A DNA stretch of 30,315 nucleotides, from contig JBMSQQ010000040.1 of NCBI GenBank assembly GCA_049423385.1, forward strand, positions 1 through 30,315, written 5' to 3'. Made by a program: the position numbers and the translations under genes. How positions within the stretch are numbered: the stretch's first letter is position 1; each line of letters starts with the position of its first letter. Of this stretch, positions 27,184-30,315 are shown piece after piece. This DNA comes from Silvanigrellaceae bacterium (GTDB lineage Bacteria > Bdellovibrionota_B > Oligoflexia > Silvanigrellales > Silvanigrellaceae). Under the pieces are notes generated by a model. That model ran no database searches. It had not been told where the DNA came from and was given only the letters and a program-made list of their open reading frames with translations.

Positions 27184-28301
27184 TTTGTGCGCAACCTTTC
27201 TTTCACGGCGGAGACGAATCCTTCCGGCAATGAATAAATTCTCCGCTGAACGCCTTGTTCGCTGAAGAGCGGCATCATGACTCCAAAACAGATGGTCACG
27301 CCCGCTCCCAACCATTGAAGAGCGCTCAGTGACTCACCAAATGCCACAAACCCAAGAAGGGCTGCAAATACTGGACCGGTGAATTGTCCCAGGGAGACAA
27401 ATCCTGCCTCTGCCGCCTGAAACGCCCAGGTCATGAGATATTGAGCGAAAATAGCGGGAATACCTGATAAACAGAGGAGTGCCAGGACTGTCGGGTCGGA
27501 AGGGATTCGCAGCGGCGAAATAAAAATGCCCACCAAAAGAGCAAGTAGGACACCTGCGAGCGACAAGCTCAAGATGATCGTGTTTCCTGGTACGTTCTTC
27601 ATTTTTCTAACGCTGAAATAGGCCACTGCTGAAAGAATGCCCGACAGGAAGGCTATGAAGAAATCACTGGCTTTGCTGTTTGAGACGAAGTCTGAAAATC
27701 CGCGACTACTCCCAACAGTGGCGCTGCTGGTGGGCAAAAAGCCTGTCGACAAAACCAATACGATGCCCGCAAACCCCGCCACGGCGAAAAAGACCCGCTT
27801 GGGGGTCAGGCGTTCAGCCAAAAAAATGTGTCCCAAAATCCCAATTAGAAACACGCTGGAGTTGGCAAACAATGAGGCAATCGCAATTGGGATGTGAAGA
27901 GTTCCATAGAAAAAACAAGCCATGCTGATGGCACCGATCACACCACGGGTGATCAACCATCGCCATTCACCGGTCGTGAGCCTCGGATGACTTTTTCCAG
28001 CAGACCTTCTGCGCAAAAGAACAAACAGGCAAATGAAGGTCATGGGTAGGCTGCGAAACAGAACGCTCTCCCATGTTCCAAAATTTGACGAAACGTTTGC
28101 ATCGATGTGGCGCTTCAGTTGCAGATGCTGAGCTGCCTTGATGATGGCGATCATCAGTGAAAAGCAAAAATGGGCTCCCACCATCATGAGCAGGGCCCTT
28201 GCGGGATGTGAATTGGAGTGGACTGGCAACCTGGAACCCTCACAGCGTCTCGTGGGGTTGAGTCTTGTAGAGTTGTTGAACCAAGTCAATTCCTGGTTCA
28301 A
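27180..28301 (-). CDS. DMT/EamA family transporter
   Basis: About 10 TMs, VLFRS, LITRGVIG, IFLAERL, FGESLSALQWLG. Start uncertain, probably about 28190-28230. Confidence 0.88.
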   Translation of the reverse strand: MNQELTWFNNSTRLNPTRRCEGSRLPVHSNSHPARALLMMVGAHFCFSLMIAIIKAAQHLQLKRHIDANVSSNFGTWESVLFRSLPMTFICLFVLLRRRSAGKSHPRLTTGEWRWLITRGVIGAISMACFFYGTLHIPIAIASLFANSSVFLIGILGHIFLAERLTPKRVFFAVAGFAGIVLVLSTGFLPTSSATVGSSRGFSDFVSNSKASDFFIAFLSGILSAVAYFSVRKMKNVPGNTIILSLSLAGVLLALLVGIFISPLRIPSDPTVLALLCLSGIPAIFAQYLMTWAFQAAEAGFVSLGQFTGPVFAALLGFVAFGESLSALQWLGAGVTICFGVMMPLFSEQGVQRRIYSLPEGFVSAVKERLRTK

Positions 28302-28365
28302 AATCCAAATAAATCAGCCAGTAAGAGCTCTCAAGTTTCCTCTGAGAAAGTCCGATACCAGGCGG

Positions 28366-30003
28366 ATGATGAGGCGAAGCATAGAATTTTCATTCCTTTG
28401 GGTCGTCGTGGGTTGCTCACTTGCAGCATGCAAGCCCACGAGCACTTCCGGCTGTTTATCGGTGTCCTCGTCAGCGTCCTCTATTGAGCCTGGAAAAACA
28501 TCGTCCTTTATTCAAGGGGGGTATGTTCGTCTTGGCGATAAACTCTGCACAGCGACTTTTGATATTGTCGATGTGGGTGAAACCGAGATCAGGCTTAAGG
28601 CTTATTCAGCGCGCCATTGTCGTTTTGAATCGGCAACGAGCAACGCGCGCAATTCAGTGAGTCTGTATTTTGACCAGACGACTCAACGCAGTGCCGGTTA
28701 CGTGAGCAACCTTCCTGCTGAAGAGTCGTTTTCAACCCGGGCTACAAAGATTGTTGCAGACGTTGGAACTCTGAATATTCCCTTGGCAACAAGTTTGTTT
28801 CGAGATGCTTTGGACGTACCCGTTCAGTATGATCCCTGGGGTGGCAAACCACTGAGCGGAGAAAGTTCAATCGTCTGCAACAATTTCGACATCGCTCCCG
28901 CGATAGCCGATCCTGCCAGGAATTTGAGTCAATCCTGCTGGAGCTATCTGGATTTGGGTACGTTTGATTTGAGGCTCAAACGTGACTCTATTTCCGCCAA
29001 GGACTTCAAGTTTGTTTCAGAACAGCTCAAGAAGAAACAGTTCAATTTGAGTGAGCATCTGAAAGCAAATCCCGCCCTGGCTGCAAATTCGTCGGAAATC
29101 AAGAAAGAAGTGGATGGAGTTGTTGGATTGCTGCGACTCCAGCGTTCCGCACAGCTGGCATATCTGTTGAGCATGGATCTGTGCAAGGTTTCGTCCGACT
29201 CGGGTTTTGATTCAGGCAAATTTTGCTCCGCGCAAAAAAGGATGATTGAAATTGCCGGGCAGAACTTTGTTGAGACAGATGAAAACGGCGAAGCTGTGAA
29301 CATTTTCGACAAATTATCGCGGATTGGTGATCCCGGTTTTCCGGGGTTGAGTTACAGCAGACTTCTTGCGGGCGAGAGATTGGCGCTTGGTTCCAATCCG
29401 CTCGACTATCCATCGGCAAGCATGTTGGCAAAGGAGTTCGCCCAATCATTGAGAGAGATCTACAGCAACAGAAGTTTCATCACGGTTGGAAAAATACGAA
29501 GTGCCGTCAAGGCTGCAAGTGGAACGAGCCCCGAAGAACGTCTTTCGCCTGCATTTGTGCTCGGAACAAATTTTGTCACTTCTGATCTTACGGGTCGACA
29601 GCAAATCCAATATCTTCAGTTTCCTTTGACTTCAATCGGTGAAAAATCCTCAAATTTCATTCTTTCGCCTGTTTCGGGGAACCCAGGCACTTCTGTTGGA
29701 GACGTTTTCGGTGTGAGTCGTTATGGAATTCTTCGCTTTGCGCTTCAAAAGCAATCGGAGTTGATTTCGTTTTTTCCCTCCGACAGCGGCTCGCTCATCT
29801 CTCTGGGCGGAGTCGTGCCACTCTTTGCGCTCAACACGGTCAACGATCAGCCAACGTCGGGGGGAGCTTCCATTTTGGCTTTGCCGGAGGCTTCCGAGGA
29901 GTTGGTTTCGTCCCGACCTGGTGCAACGATTGCCAACAACGGAAACGCCTCTGGGCAGGCAAAAATCAAGCCAGGAATGTCGACAGCTGGGCGATGCTAC
30001 TAA
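28366..30003 (+). CDS. Lipoprotein with split trypsin-like (S1) serine protease motifs
   Basis: Lipobox LAA|C; LCTATF, YSARHC (His), DLGTF (candidate Asp), PSDSGS (Ser). Start moved to avoid overlap with the DMT gene. Confidence 0.65.
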   Translation: MMRRSIEFSFLWVVVGCSLAACKPTSTSGCLSVSSSASSIEPGKTSSFIQGGYVRLGDKLCTATFDIVDVGETEIRLKAYSARHCRFESATSNARNSVSLYFDQTTQRSAGYVSNLPAEESFSTRATKIVADVGTLNIPLATSLFRDALDVPVQYDPWGGKPLSGESSIVCNNFDIAPAIADPARNLSQSCWSYLDLGTFDLRLKRDSISAKDFKFVSEQLKKKQFNLSEHLKANPALAANSSEIKKEVDGVVGLLRLQRSAQLAYLLSMDLCKVSSDSGFDSGKFCSAQKRMIEIAGQNFVETDENGEAVNIFDKLSRIGDPGFPGLSYSRLLAGERLALGSNPLDYPSASMLAKEFAQSLREIYSNRSFITVGKIRSAVKAASGTSPEERLSPAFVLGTNFVTSDLTGRQQIQYLQFPLTSIGEKSSNFILSPVSGNPGTSVGDVFGVSRYGILRFALQKQSELISFFPSDSGSLISLGGVVPLFALNTVNDQPTSGGASILALPEASEELVSSRPGATIANNGNASGQAKIKPGMSTAGRCY

Positions 30004-30112
30004 GGATAAAACAAAATAGTCCCAATTGACTCGTTGCATGGCCTGAAATGTTTCAGTTCTCATGGGATTTGCTGCGCCGGGTCTACTGAAGTCAGGGTCC
30101 GGTGCATCCCTT

Positions 30113-30315
30113 TCAGCCTCTCTTGGTGATATGGGCTTTGAGTTTGAACATCGCGGTTGTCTGGACCTTCTTTTGGAAAAACGGGAACGGGCCCAGAACG
30201 AGACCGACAGGGCCCAAAGCCTGGCGTGCCCAGCGCGGAAATGAAAAATCATCCACGTGTCGAACAATTTTTCCCTCAGCAAATTCCATTCGGGTTGAAA
30301 CCTGGTTTTCCACCC
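30113..30315 (-). CDS. SnoaL/NTF2-like protein, C-terminal part (5' end outside window)
   Basis: EFAEGKIVRHVDDFSFPRWARQALGPVGLVLG is typical of a SnoaL-like subfamily. Confidence 0.8.
   Translation of the reverse strand, partial: VENQVSTRMEFAEGKIVRHVDDFSFPRWARQALGPVGLVLGPFPFFQKKVQTTAMFKLKAHITKRG

Overview
Gene-dense bacterial window with about 27 credible CDSs. No rRNA, tRNA, CRISPR array or mobile element is recognisable. The many secreted and lipoprotein ORFs, a DUF4360-like pair and a myxobacterial-type ferritin-like protein suggest Bdellovibrionota/Oligoflexia (inference only). The left part holds housekeeping and signalling genes: CHASE2-PP2C phosphatase, TrxR-type ferredoxin-NADP reductase, Prc/Tsp protease, DUF503-like and DUF3025 proteins. 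The main finding is a divergent MNIO (DUF692) RiPP locus at 12.7-17.4 kb that resembles bufferin metal-stress systems but is built differently. It has a lipid-anchored six-Cys precursor followed by an ECF sigma and an NrsF-like anti-sigma, with a GTAACC-N15-CGAA promoter upstream. On the other strand, one ORF fuses MNIO, a DUF2063-like partner, an internal signal peptide and a beta-barrel-like domain, and is coupled to a c-type cytochrome lipoprotein. No DoxX gene is visible. Other oddities: an exported ferrochelatase-like lipoprotein lacking the conserved Glu, a four-repeat Cys-rich secreted protein behind 21-bp phased repeats, a signal-peptide-bearing tail-collar mini-protein, a triplet of paralogous lipoproteins, and a trypsin-like lipoprotein split by large insertions. 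All family calls come from motif recognition by eye, not from database searches.
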